Positions 36,284 through 50,500 of a stretch of 64,000 nucleotides of DNA are shown here, piece by piece (the first letter of the stretch is position 1; every line of letters starts with the position of its first letter). A program made the translations under genes and the position numbers. Source of the DNA: Ophelia neglecta (taxonomy: Eukaryota); NCBI GenBank assembly GCA_965285935.1, contig OZ260661.1, positions 60,698,001 through 60,762,000 of the forward strand, in the 5' to 3' direction. The notes beneath the pieces are model-generated. The model had not been told where the DNA came from, made no database searches, and saw nothing but the letters and a program-made list of their open reading frames with translations.

Positions 36284-36328
36284 CATATAAGGAGAGTAGC
36301 CCAAGTCACGTGGCCACGGTTACCCAAT
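36284..36328 (-). promoter_or_regulatory. Scr proximal promoter module (CCAAT box, E-box, TATA-like)
   Basis: CACGTG at 36307-36312 and CCAAT at 36324-36328 (11-nt spacer), with minus-strand TTATATG at 36290-36284, about 120-165 nt upstream of the ATG. Confidence 0.6.
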
Positions 36329-37884
36329 GAGAGGTAATCGGGCCAGGATAAGGTCAGACTGCATGAAAACACAGTAAGTTTGCCGCGAGATTCGAGCCTG
36401 TCGTCTGCAAACGCACCACAACGAAGCGCCACTCACACTCCTCCAGACGCTCGCACGCAACTATCTTTTCTGTGCACACTTCGATAACCAAGACACTGAT
36501 ATGGAACCAAACTGTTGCCCAAGATTATCACATGTGTTTGCTCAAGTAGATTTTATATTAGACAGCTTTCTCCGTTTGATATCGCGTGTGAATATTCAAT
36601 ATCCAATCTTTCATTTACAAGACGGGCCAGATGCACTGGTTAATGCGGTTTCTATGGAAACGCAAGCTGATCATATTAAGGATCAAAAGGCCCTAAGCAT
36701 TGACCATTCCCGATCCCAAACATCACTGTACTGCTAAGGGACGCCTCGATTTGCTTTCTAATAGAAAGGCACACTTGGACTTCTAAGCTATGATAATTTG
36801 ATTTTCCTCGTTGCATGACAAGGTTGGCATAATAGTTTTCTCTCTAAATAAGCGAATGTTTCACTCAGAAAAAGATAACCCCCCATTACAGTAACTGCTT
36901 TAAGGGCTGTCTTAATCTCCAGGCCATATCATCCGTCTAGCCGTATTTCTGTCTCACTTGGTGCACCCAATACAATGATCATCATTTCATTCGGCCATTT
37001 CCATAAATATAAAGGGCGCTTAGGGTGGCCATAAAGCTGTCTGGGAGTGCCCTCCTAGCATGGGAATCTCCTAGTAATGCCATCACAGACGTTGAGAAAA
37101 GACACGCTGCGAGGCAGATACCTGCAGAGGAGCGCAAGGACAAAAGAAGGGCCATTAATTTCCCTTTTGTTTCAGAGAGAGTTAATGGTCCTCTATGCCG
37201 TAGCGCCATCACGGGCACAATGAGCAAGGGCACCTCCTTAAGGCATTGACATTTTGGAGGGGGAGGAGGGGGGTTGTATGGATATCCTTGTTTATCTTCC
37301 AATTGTCACCAATCTCATGGTTAGTTTCTTTCCTAAACATTGTCGATTTAATTTAGTGTAATAAAACGCCAACTAGTCCAAACTAATGAGAAGTAGAGAC
37401 GCGGGCCATGGATTGACATGTATTGTCCGGGATGCAGGATGAGGCTGTGTGATAGCCCTTACCCAGGTCAGTGATATACCAGGCCATTATACATGAGGGA
37501 TAATTCTTACTGGAGTGGCAGTATGAGGAATTGAGGAAAAAAATAAATAACCCTTTTGAATGTTTCAGCAGTTATTGCCACCCCCCCACCCCCCCCACCA
37601 TTCAGAAATTCCACATAACTAGCTTTTCTTCCACAGAACCCATAGAAAAGTATTTTATCTAGAAAACTGAAATGAGTGTATCTAGGTGCCATCGCATGAT
37701 ATATGAAATTTTGAGGTTCAGATTATCACATTTCAACTGAAAAAAACATGAAGAGTTGATACTTGGTCCAAATGTTTTAGAGGACTTGAATTCCAACTTG
37801 TTGAACACTGTGAACAGTATATTTAATCAGACATTGAGAGACAAGTTCAAAGTCAGTTTAATTATTCACCCAACTTCAAAAACA

Positions 37885-37950
37885 GACACCCCCTCTCCAC
37901 CCCCACCCCCACCACCCTTCCCAACCCTCCCCAGAAGGCCCCTTCCTCAA
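37885..37950 (-). repeat. C-rich low-complexity tract (G-quadruplex-capable on the minus strand) upstream of Scr
   Basis: cacc ccctctccac ccccaccccc accacccttc ccaaccctcc cc; further C/G runs at about 37578-37598 and 37254-37274. Confidence 0.7.
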
Positions 37951-39272
37951 CCATAACTCAGGACACGGCAACTAATTTACTTGTGTTCAACTTTAACAAA
38001 ATACTATCAAATTAAAACACAAAAAAAAAGATTGCATACAAATTTCGGGCTATCAAAACCACAAATAAACATAAAGATTCAAAATCTGGTTTAGGTCTTC
38101 TCTTTATCATTGAGCTTTAGGGAACACCTTGAATTCTTGGCATTTCTCAGCGTTCCTATGTCACGTGACTTGGCAATCGTATCATGGTATAAGTGATGTA
38201 TATCCAACAAGATATGAACTTCAAGAAGCTCGATGGTACTTACAAATCACAAAAATCTTAAGCCCTATGTGTCAACAGTGGCAAATCTAAACTGAGAGAT
38301 GCTTCGGAGCAATTTCATCGATTTGGCTACATATGAGCCAGCAACCTGTGATCTGGGTTACACCTTTGATAGTGTCAACCATAAATTATTTGCTTGAGCT
38401 ATCTTTGGAAAGATATTTAGTGATAAATTGCGAGAATTGAATATTTCACTGGTGGATGGTCACTAAGTGTGGACGGGCCAGCAGTGCAGAAAGCACAGCT
38501 CTGTCTAAGTCTATAAATAATACATATTCCTCTCTGTTGACAAGGGGCACACGATAATAATTTACCCAATCATTTCGGCACATACTGCCTTTAATACTCG
38601 TTGATTGCCCATTCCTACCCCCCGTGGCTTACCCCTAATGGAGCTGGCTCACACCAAGTAACGCCTTCAATATTACCAGGCAGATTTATTGTTTTTTGTA
38701 TAGTTGGGATAGTTGGCGTATTGAGGTGGCCAATAAACATTTTGAAGCCTAACGGGGAGATACCGCTAGGGAATTACCCAACATGGAAATAGTCGTTGCC
38801 AACTGGAGACTGAAAATATCAGCCCCTTGGGCACGCTGACATTATCATATACAAGCAAGTTCGATCCATCCTATGGTTGTTAAACACTTTATGCATATAT
38901 TAAAAGCAATATATTCATTGTATTTTTCTTTGTCAGCAACTTTGCATGTTTGGCTGAGTCTCGTATTCTCGTGGTATCCAGTTTCTATCCAGCTATACCA
39001 AATCCAGAAGTTTTTACGTGTAGCAACCAGGCCAGCTATTACAGCATGATTCATCAGGCCTGTCCAGTTTTATTGAACACTATTCCATGTTGGCAACATA
39101 ACTGCACGAATGGTGGAATAACTCAAAATGGTGGCCAAAGTTGGATGCCCCAATCGCCAGTTCAATAATTCACAAAGGCTCAGGCCTCTGATGACACCCA
39201 ACTAGCAATTATCGACAGTCAAGACACTGCCATTTCTATCCGCAGCGAATTGGGTGATATTATGTGAAAATA

Positions 39273-39336
39273 TGATTTATGGCTGGCATAAAATTGACAC
39301 GGACAATATTGTTACCCGATTACGCTGGATTAATGG
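39273..39336. promoter_or_regulatory. Pbx-Hox composite sites with Meis-type TGACA, 3 kb upstream of Scr
   Basis: TGATTTATGG at 39273-39282, CATAAAA, TGACA at 39295-39299, GGATTAATGG at 39327-39336. Confidence 0.5.
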
Positions 39337-42300
39337 CAGCCTGGTATATTGACTGAGTCTCAGGGAGACGGATCCCTATGAATGTGGTCGAATTTAACTG
39401 ACTGCATCAAGCTGGACAAAGTTCTTTAGAGCACCAGGCCAAGCTGTAGACTCTGTTCTCATGTCTTGACGACATTGCCAAGGAAACTATGCCTATTTTG
39501 GCTAGCTGGGAGCTGAGGGATTGCTTGATATCGTGCACTTTACCTCGGGCCATGTTTCGGGGAGGGACAGGGCCAGGGGTCCTCTGAACACCCCAGCAGG
39601 TGGACCGTCTGTGGGGATAATCAGTCCCCACCCCCTCCAAACCATGCTCAACATCGCGACTGGACAGCAGACGATACATGTATACTGGGTCACATTTGTT
39701 GAGAAAAAAGTTATCCCACACCAACCGCATGTTTACGCGTGCTGTCCGATTGAATTTTAGCGCTAAGATCGTTGTGATACCGTATCCAACAGATGGACTT
39801 AAAGCAGTGTGTCTTGGTTAACTAAGTATACAATAAAAAAACAATTTAACGTCGTCAAAAACACTCATTTTCTCTATGTTGCTACTATTCCAAAGCACAG
39901 TTGTCAGCTCAGCTGATTCGAATTTCGTTACAATTGCAGAAGCCTACTGCAGACTAGGCTGTCGAGGGCTTGTTGTGGTGGCGTAGATCTATAGCAGACG
40001 ACAGCGACGAATTTTGCGTTAAAAATGAAGCACATATAAAATCATGATCCCCAATTAACTTGTTTCGACTTATATATAGCATTGATGTAGAAATTACGGT
40101 GCTGACATGTATAAAAACTCGAATAACAATGATTTACGAACGACATTTCAGCCAGTTATGTGTTCTCGCGCGACTGACGGCTTTGGGAGTTGGATGAGCG
40201 CAGAAGATTAGCACTTAAAGGGTAATAAACGACAAAATACGGAGTGATTATAAAGTTCACAAATAACTCATATGATTATCTTGTCTCTGGTCTTTAGTTG
40301 GGACGCAGTGACAACTCTAAGAGCTTCAAAATCTTCCAAAAACGCGGAATTTTGGGCTTGACCTCGGACAAACATGGCGGCGATTGTAACACACAGAGCG
40401 AGTCGACACCAGAACACAGGCAAGATATGATATACGATGTACGTCTGATTTATCACCGAGGCTCGCGAAATGCCCGGGAGTTTCTATAAAAATGATACGG
40501 GACGCTGAAATTTCTCAGTGATTATAAATAGAGGACTTACCGATCTTCGGGGACAAACTTGGCGGACTGGTAGAAGATGGTTTACTACTTGGACGGTAGA
40601 AGATAACACCACAAGTGTTCTCCTCGTAAGAATAATGGCTGCCGCTCAACTTGGTGAAATGAATGCAAACTTTTCACACGGGAGATTTCTAGTCCTTTTT
40701 CCAACAGCAGTACATCAAAATATTGGTCCAGGATCCGAGCGGGGCAGCAACTCTTAGCTCGGCTTCCTGAAACGAGTTGTTAGCGTCGAGTGAGCAGTAA
40801 ATATCTCGGTGGCCGATGTCCCGGCGTAACTGTGTATGTAACCTATCGTACAGTTGTGTTTTGTTGTGTGAGTGTGCAACGCTCGTTCTTCAGTAAATAT
40901 TCATTTACGACTGATTGCGATTTGCCCCGACACCTGATTGAGCTACGAGCAGGGCCGAGGGAGGCTGGGTAAAGCTGCGGCAAGCCAAGCCCCTGACGAG
41001 CGGGATTGATGCCATGCAACTGCCAGCCAGCACAATATTGATTACTCCCAATTTTCAAGCGTCCAACTTTGCCGCTACCACCCCAAAGAGGCCCCTCATT
41101 TCACGTGGTCTTCTCGCTAGCAGCTAATGTACATTTTTCGCTCCGTATCGAATCAGAGTCTATTGGAGTACAGTGATAGATGTAGACTGAAGAACACTGT
41201 CTGTCCCTCGCATTAATATTTATGCCCGCTCCGAGTATTGTTTAGTTTAGGGTGTGGGGTAGGAAGCTGCAAGAAACGCCCGTTTCTCCTGCAGTTGCTG
41301 GCAAAGAAGGTAGATGTCGTCTGCCAGTGCTGTCCCGTGCACGTGGTGACTCTGTTTACAATGCCATCCGTCTATTGTTGCTGAGCGGGCGGTGAGTTAG
41401 GGCTGCTGGTTGGCTCAATGGACAGGTGCTGGTCATACATTGAGAGCAGTGCACAACTCAAATTTTATATCTATGAGCGGGCAGGCATCTCTCGTAGTAC
41501 AGAAACGTCAATGGTCTCTTGTATCTTAAATTTATTAGCACTTGCTTTCACTATCTTTGGCCACCATAACACACTTAACGATATAATACAGCACATCATA
41601 TTCGATAAAAAAAAATCAACAAATGAACAACGTGTGAGGAAACAGTAAACGCGATACAGTATAACTAATATTCGACATAAACCTACCTTTAAACGATAAA
41701 TCCTGTGTTAGGACTCTCTTCAGAGTTTTTTTAATTTGCCCCCAATGTGATAACTATACCACCAAACGCAAATACTGTAATAACTTATACGTGGACAAGT
41801 TAACTGCAGATTCCTGCGTGTGGTAGTATGTAGGCCACAACCATCCGTTGCATCCTTTGTATTACAGGAGCCCCTGGGATACGAGTGGTGCCACCAGAAA
41901 TGGTTAATGCTTAAATCTCACATAGAGAAGCATTACGTGCGTGCCAGTGTGCGTGATATATGACATCACGGGCCTATCACATTTGACAATGGCATAGACT
42001 ATAGGCTTGGTTAGCAGCGGGACTCTCTGCTCATCAATCATATCATAGTTCGACCTAATGCCAGCATAAATTATTGTCACATCCCAATTTGTAAATTGCC
42101 GGGTTTCCCCTCGGCTCGGCCGGCTCGGATATAGCCTATAGGTGGGGGTACCCGCTCGGTCAAGGAGAATGTGTCTACATAAAAGCTTTTTATCCATGGT
42201 TGAAAAAGTCAGAATAATTACCTGACATGAACGGTTGGTATGTATATAGCTGTGTCTGTTTTGATGCCATTGTCCGTTGATAAATCATTCTATCATGTGT

Positions 42301-45300
42301 TAGATTTGGAACTTTAAAGAAAACTGCTAAGTTTATTATGGAGTGGTGCTCATATAGGTGCAATGTGAGAATGGCATCTCGATATACTATGTAAAAGGGC
42401 GAGACTAAAGTTACCTGACAACTGTCTGTTAGAGATCGAAGTTGAAGGTAAATGTGTATATTTAGCCGTATATCAAAGGCCATGTAGATCTTATGACTAT
42501 AGCTTACTGCGAACAAAAACTGTTTTTCTTTCTTTTTCTTATTGCTTCTGACCGTCAAGGCTCTATTAAATAGGTTATAGGCTTAATAGATCTAGTTCGC
42601 TTTTCCTCCTATTATCATTTAAATATTAGTTAAGTGGCCAGATCAGTGAAAATGGACAGACGTGCAGCATAGGGCTACTCCATGCAGTTCTCTGAAAGGA
42701 ACTTCCTATATCTATACATAATTATTATCTTTTACTGCTTGACCTAATTGTTGGTTAATGGGGGAGAAGCACCCTATCATATACTTGTTTTTGAAAAATG
42801 GGGAACCATGCACCCAGTTTAACGTTTATATACTAGTTTTGTCTTTTAGTATCGATATATACTTAAAACGATTAATTTATTACATTTGATAATTACAAAT
42901 TAGGCATATATGTGCATCAAATAGGGCCTAAGCTCATAACCTGTTTTTCATTAACATAAAGTTGAAACATTACAATATCCTTGCCTATTTGTTACTCGTA
43001 TTTAAGGCGAAGTATAGGTGGAAAGCGACATGATGTTGTACAGTAATTCTTTTTGTCGCTTTTTGGCAATTTGTTTGAGATAGTAATAACCGATTAAATC
43101 TATCATTTTCTGGTCGGTCTTTATTCCCTTTAATACTTGTTAACTATGGGTAACATTTTCTTATTCCAATATTCTTTTCCCTTCTTTCTCAGTTTTTTAT
43201 ACATTTTCCGATCATATATATTGAAACATAATGAATATTAACACTCAAGTTTCTTAATAACTAATGAATAATCCTACATTCATTATAAAAAATATTCCTG
43301 GTTTAACTTATGAAATGGGTATACACTGCCTTTGGCTGTGGAGAATTGGCTTCCGGAAGTCACCCAATGATTTCATTATAAATGTGAGCCGACCTTCTGC
43401 GCGTGACCCCGAACAAGGTCGAATGTTAATTACCTCATGAATATGGGCCACTAATAATTGCGTGCAGACCCAAGCCTGCGTGCCGTGAAAACTATTTTCA
43501 GCTCATGGGTTGATACTAACCTATGAGTTTTATCGTCAATTCGTAGTTCTTTTCAAGCAAATAGTTTAATAGCAATTGTGAGGAGCCTTAATTGAACCAT
43601 AAAAATGTTCTGAACGTACATTACATTAATGCATAACTAAAACGAAAATAAAATCTTCACATGCAAATGGGTCTCAGCCTGTTTTTTTATTACTTTTCTT
43701 CGCTGAACTGTTAAATTGATATAATGAGATATGGCGGGAGCAAAGGTCTTCACTGCTGAGAAAATCACAAACGGGACCAATTTGATGTTTATCCCCCAAA
43801 TTTCGTCAATTTTGCGAATAGTTACAAGTCAACCATTCGATAGTGATTAAGACGTCAGCTTCGCTTATCTCGTTTGTTTTAGACAGATATTGATATGGGA
43901 AACAGGGTGAGAATGAGGATTTGGCATGCCTGTCACGTGATTATACTACGGGATATCCATCACCCATAGTCTTCTATGTGATAAATGAAAAATTTGAAGC
44001 AAGTGACCACCCCGTAACTAGATTCATTATTATTCCTAGCACAATCCCACAACTTTTCTGTGTGGAGTACTCCGGCCTCGAGACTGATCGTCGTGTACGG
44101 CCATTATTGCTCTCTGAAGAACAAGATATCGCTTGGTGTATTGAAAGGCGAGATTAGCATGCGTACCGCCGAAAGTGCTATGGTTCTCCTATGACCTGAC
44201 CTGCTCCCATTAGGGATTAGAGGTCATGTTATTATTACAATTCTGGACCTTCATTTATGCTGTTATTGATCAGTTATGTGTTTACTGACCAGAATTTCCC
44301 TCCATCTTTCATTTAATATCTAGTTTAATTGACCAGTCAGTTCCACGCTAACATAATTTGGTAGATATACACAAAAACTGATGGAATACATGCATTTAGT
44401 ACAATTTATTGCCGAGCGCGCTCATACCCAACTAATTTAACTTCTTTTTTTGGCAAGTATAAAGCTTTCTGCATCATATCATGTATCTAGAAAGTTAAGT
44501 GCTGTCCTCCACACGCTCGTTTCATTTTAAGTGAAACTTTTCATTGTATAAAAAAATGTATAAAACTTCTTCAGCGAACAAGCGTTCCTTTCATGAAAAA
44601 TGCTGCACGGGTTATTGGGATTGACAGCACTTGTGTTATCGCCTAGAGGGCTTTTACCATGCAAGTATACGAAAACGAATCATTTCATGTTGATATTCCT
44701 CACAAAACATCAGCTAATAGGAGTAACATTTGTTTCAGACAAACACCTGGCTGGTCCGTGTGGCCATAACGTGGACGAGTCTTAAGACATGGCTGATGAG
44801 TCTCTGAGCGGTTTCCCAGCGGAGCGCCCAGCGGGCTGGACGAATATCGAAAGAAGAAGCGATGTTAGTGAGGCACTGCCCAATTGGTGTTTGGTAATTC
44901 GGTTAGCTCAAGTGGTCAGTTTCCACTGTGGCCCATTGTCTCCAATTCTGGGGTTTGCCAATCCCATTAATTCAGGAAAACGCCTTGTGAGGTGGAGCAG
45001 TGCAATGTTTACATGTTTAATTTATACCCTAGTAATAATGTTTATGTATTAAAAGTTTACTGTTGGACTTTGTTGCTATATTAACCAATCCTGCCAAGTA
45101 GTTTTACATCATTATTTTGAAATTTATTCATTTAAGGCTGGTAAAAGCTTCTATTGTTTGTTTTTGAGTTTCATCAACATGAAATAGTTTAAGAATTTAA
45201 ATTCTATGCTGAATGTTATATTGTTGCAATCAGTTGCAAACCCACTTTATCTGCGTTTAGTTAGAACACAACCTTCTTTATGTATTTTAAGTTGGGGTTA

Positions 45301-47344
45301 CTGGGCTTTTCTCAACCAATCAGGTCAGTGCTATTTAAAAGAGGCACTAAGCTAGCCTGCAGTAAATACTATACATAATTGTCATTTGTCCGACCGGTGA
45401 ATGAAATGCCGAGGAAAAGTTAAATTCCTTCTCGCTCCGGTGAATCGTGAAATTAAATGTAAGACGTTATTTGGATTCTGAAAATGTCCAGAAAACACCG
45501 TTTTATCATGGCTAATGTCACAACTTTGTCCTACAAGCTAATTCACCATCAAACACAGGCATACTAAACACTGAATGGCTTTATTGTGATATTTTCCCAC
45601 AGGTTTATCACTTGACGAGTGTGTGTTGTATTCGTCAACAATACATCCATGTTTTACATCCATTGCCGGTCCCTCGTGCTAAAGTTCATTCGGCCCTGAC
45701 CTTTGAGTAATGCAACCAATGTCGGTTTGGTTTGCCATGAAAATATTCTAGTTCATAGCCGGCAATTAACTGGCCACCTCATGAACAAGAGGGCCATCTG
45801 TCTGTCATATGTTTAATATGTTCATATCATCTATCATTCAATACAAAGAAGCAGGGGCTGGCATCAAATAGGTCTGGGTCATTTATAGTCTATTTCTACT
45901 AGCTGATTTGGCCACCTTTCGTCTGAATGGTCACTTCATATCAATCACAAAGAACACTAATATGAGCCATTGGAATATGCTGACAGCAAGTCCATTTTCA
46001 TAATTCGTTATTATTTCCTGAATTTCCTCAGACGATGATAAACTGTGTGGACAATTGTAGAAGAACCAATTTAGTTTTCTTGTCAGAGCTGAGTTTTGCC
46101 CTGTTGACGATTGTGACTCAGCTTTTAAATGATGACCTGTCGGTCGGCTGTCCGTCAGGACAGGACCCCGCTGACAAAATTGCCTCAGACATTTAGTATG
46201 ACTCCAACGGGGATATTATCGTCGGATTTCAATAATAATCTGCCTATTGTTGAAGCAACTACAGTCTACTAGGCCATGGAGTTTGAGTACTAAAAGTCTA
46301 GATATGTCGGGCTCTAATCTGGTCATGCCAGTCCTATGGAAAGGTCCAAATCATCCTGTTTTCTATCACAATCAAAAGTATCTTTGTCTTATTTCCTTTT
46401 AGTTTGTATGTTGTGAATGTACCGCAAGTTTCTAATGCACTGAAAGGTGTTTATACATCGTAGTAAATTAATTGATTGAGAAAATGATGAAATTCTACAA
46501 AAATAAATCATAGATGCTTGTTGATTTTTACAAATAGCCTACTGGCCTACAATATATTGCTTGCAATTTTTAAATGGTTTTTAATACAAATTCTAAATAA
46601 TAAGCGAATTTTAATAAAACGTTATCCAGATTTGTCTCTAGCATTTAAGTCTCCATGTAGCAGTGAACAAAATGATCTGAAATGATAACTGTGGGTTAAC
46701 CTTTGATATAAGTCAATATCTATGTAACTAATAACATTGTCTTGTGCTATGAAATAATTGTTTCTGTTTTTTTTCAAATAGGCCTAATGGCCATGAGTTC
46801 TTCATCACCTGACAATTGTCGGATTTTCACTGAAGCTTGCATTAAGAATAAACTAACATCCACCATCATGGAGTGTGTCTTATTTAAGTTTTTTTGTTCT
46901 TTACATTGAGCGACGGGCATTACCATATTATTAATATGTAGAATTTGGTTATTTCTTATGGATATATTTCTGTGGCCTGAGGGCAAAATCTTGTAGGCCA
47001 TTTTGTTCGTAGCCTCGTAGTACGAGTTTACATAATGGCCTTGGACTGTCAGCACTATATGTGACATAGCCCCAGATGCTTGACTAAACGATTCATTAAC
47101 AATAATGGATCAGAGGTCGATGGTCATTAAATATACCTGAGAAGGAGACCTTATTTACCGTGGAAACTTACAGCTAAAGAATTATTTTGTATTTATATGA
47201 AGGAATACGGAAATGATAAAACAACACCTTTATAATTCCATCCAGGCCTATTAAAAACCGTTAAGCTAACCGGTAAAGGAACAATTTGACGTTTATAATC
47301 AGTTTGTGAAGTTCCAAAGCCATCCTCCTACTGCTTTAACCATA

Positions 47345-47598
47345 CAGTGATACCTGCCTTAAAGACCACCTCTATATTCTATTGTCTGACATCATTACCC
47401 AAAATTTGTTGCCTCGACATAAAATTCTTTGCTGTATTCGATCTTAAAGTTAGGTAAACATACCTGCAAATTCAGACTACTGATGTGAAAAGCTAACTGC
47501 ACATGTTATTGTAAAATAACCTGTCAAAACAGACTGCCTCCATAATCAGACCAGAATTATCCAGTCCCTTGGGTGGTCTCAATTCACAGGTTTCCTTG
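47345..47598. mobile_element. Degenerate non-autonomous DNA transposon (MITE, Tc1/mariner-pogo type)
   Basis: Left end TA|CAGTGATACCTGCCTTAAAGACCACC and right end GGTGGTCTCAATTCACAGGTTTCCTTG|TA form imperfect terminal inverted repeats flanked by TA; about 254 bp, non-coding. Confidence 0.6.
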
Positions 47599-50500
47599 TA
47601 TGACCTAGTTGACCCTATGTTTTATATAATCAATTATATATCAGATTTGTTTATCTATGAGCAAATGTAAAACATATTTTTGAGAAGACACTATATTAGC
47701 CCTGCGCTACTTTGTAAATCACAACAACAAAAATATGCCATAATATATTTCATAACATGCAAGTTAGCCTGTTGCTAAAACCAGAAACGACAGCCCCAGC
47801 AATATAAAAAAGCTTGCTGGTTCTTGCCTGCACGGCTAAAAGCTCTGGAGTTCGTATTTTTATGTATTTCCCTTTGAAGTTAGAGCAGCAGGCATTCACT
47901 AAAACAGAGAGTAGACTATATTGACGCCTCAACTTCCCCCTCGCTTTAGCCACTTCTCAGACACATTCCGCAGTCTGACCGAATCTTTTGAAGGAAGGAA
48001 AGTTTCATTTTCTTTAGCTTAATATAAAATGTCAAATTTATGATGGATCGATAACTGTGAGAGTAAGCAGATGAATAGGGGTCTAGATATATTGTTTGAA
48101 CTAATGAAATTGCATCAGAGTTCTTTGAAAAAATGTCACTCTTTCAATGCTCTTGAACCCTCTCACTAAGCACACTGCACATCTAAGCGAAATCTTCCAG
48201 AAGATTCCTAAAAAGCATTTAAGAAAGTATAATTTATATGGCTAAAGATGAGACGGAAAACGATCACAGTCGTGCAGATTTGGCATCTTTGTCAATGAAA
48301 AGCCATTAAAAGTTTGAATCCGGTCTCCCTGAGCCAATTTATGATGTCTTTAATGTACTCGATAGCTTAGATCATCATCAAATGTTGAAGGGGAGAGTGG
48401 ATCCCTCCCTCCCTAGATTTCTCTCCTAGTGCCACTGTGATTGAATTCAAGGAAATTAGAAATCATGACCTATGTGAAAGTTTCGCTAAGATGCCGACAT
48501 TGCAGTGAAAAGCCATCACAAAGCTGGTATCGATTGATATTTGGTTGGGCAGTTGAGCTTGCATGAGGAGCTCGATTGGCAAACGTGGTCATCACGTTAG
48601 AAATGTGCCAATTCTCTGGGGGAAGGGTGGCCTATCTAGATAATTCAGGGCAGGGTTCAGTGCCACAGTGCCTTCCTCTCCACTTGTGAGGGGTAAGCTG
48701 GATAAGAGAGGGACCGACCCGGCCCAAAAGGCCCATGCTCAAACACTGACCAATGGTTGGCGACTGACATCAATACTATTGCAGATGAATTATTTGCGAA
48801 TGTGTCGCAGGGCGGCGGAGGAAGCCGAAAGGGTATCTGCCTGCAAGAGCCCTGCTGAACGCAAACAAATCGATTTTATGACTGAAGCAATTTCTTCTAT
48901 ATCGATGGAAAGTTAGGAAAGGACAAAAGAATGCGAATATTGACGGGTTAGACGACAATGTTTGTAACAAAACTGGCCTGGGACATGGGCTGGCTTTTGT
49001 CAGGGAGAACAAACCCAAGGACGGAGAGAACCGTGACTTCTTGTTGCAGATGCAATTTATGTTGCTTGGCCATTGTTGGATACAATACCGGTATTTTAGC
49101 GCGAATAAATGTCTTCAATTCTAGCTCACAAAAGCTCTTTCTTTGAAGTTCTCACCGCTGGCTCAAGAGATATAAATGCCAGAATGTTCATACAACTTGG
49201 CCGTGCCATATAAATTCCATATCATAATATCGCTGTAGTTTTTCACACAGCGGTCATATAATTGGCCAATAACATCATGAGAACAAGATTTTCAATTTAG
49301 TATTCGATGAAAAGGTGGAACAATGGCCCAGATCTAGCAATGGTTTGCCACAAAACAGGCGACTGTAAATGATTTTCCTCATGAAACTTGCATTGTTCTG
49401 TCCAATAGGCAACTGTCAATAAGTGCAACTTGACTAAAGGATGCCTTGCTCGTTTGTTTGCAGATGGATTTTCCTCGTGCATTAGTGTGTGTCAGAATAG
49501 CAATATAAATCATGAACAATTTAATGCAAGCTTCAATTATCGTCCGTGACTTTGTTTAAATCAGAGTTACAGTGAAATATCTCAAATACATTTCTCATCG
49601 GCGATTAGCATATTATTAGGATAATTTAAATAAACATTTGTAAGCCATTCATAGCAGACGATCACAGTAATCCTTCTCATTCAAAGACAATGTCCATATA
49701 CTTAGCCAAACAAAAGATGTTCCTTTCCCATTAAATGCTTGGCAAGTTTATTAGAACCAGCCTGTTATTGTGATAAATAGTTAAAGGTGAAATGTGGGCG
49801 AATTTCACCAGTTTTATTATAATTATAGTTTGATATATTGAATTGTGAATGAAATAACAGCAATAAGATATCAAATAGAGTTCATGAATTATTTATTTTA
49901 TTGGGAGGGAAAGTCATACACGTTCTTATACAGGTAATCTATAAAACAAACAAACACTTGTCACAATATACTGAAGCTTCTGTATGTAGCCTGTTTTCAA
50001 ACGTCTTGTGGCCAGTTAGAGATATTTCGGAAACATCAAGCGCTAAAACTATAAGAACTATTGAGAAGAGCAGCATATAAATAGACATAATCAGTGATAC
50101 TTACAACAAAGATATACAGTACAATTAGAACATTTTGCACTGCCAATAAGCTACAGTAACAAGACATATCAATATAAAGATAATCCCTGAAATTTGATAA
50201 ATATCGATGCTGTCCCGAGGTCCCTATTAAAATATATTGCTTATTGCACCTGGCACTTCAAAGGGACCTCACTGCAGAGGTAGTGGGCTAGGCTATAGGC
50301 ATAGTAGAACGAAACACTCAGTTGCACACAGTTGCATCACTTTGGCATAATCATGGCGTAACTCAAGACTCATGGCGAGGCTGGTAAAATGGCGGTGCAT
50401 TTATGGACGGTGATGGAATTCTGAACTCTTTAGTTGATGCTCTGGGTCCATCATGCAAATGGTAGAATTATTTAAGGATTATACATGGCAACTGTGAAAC

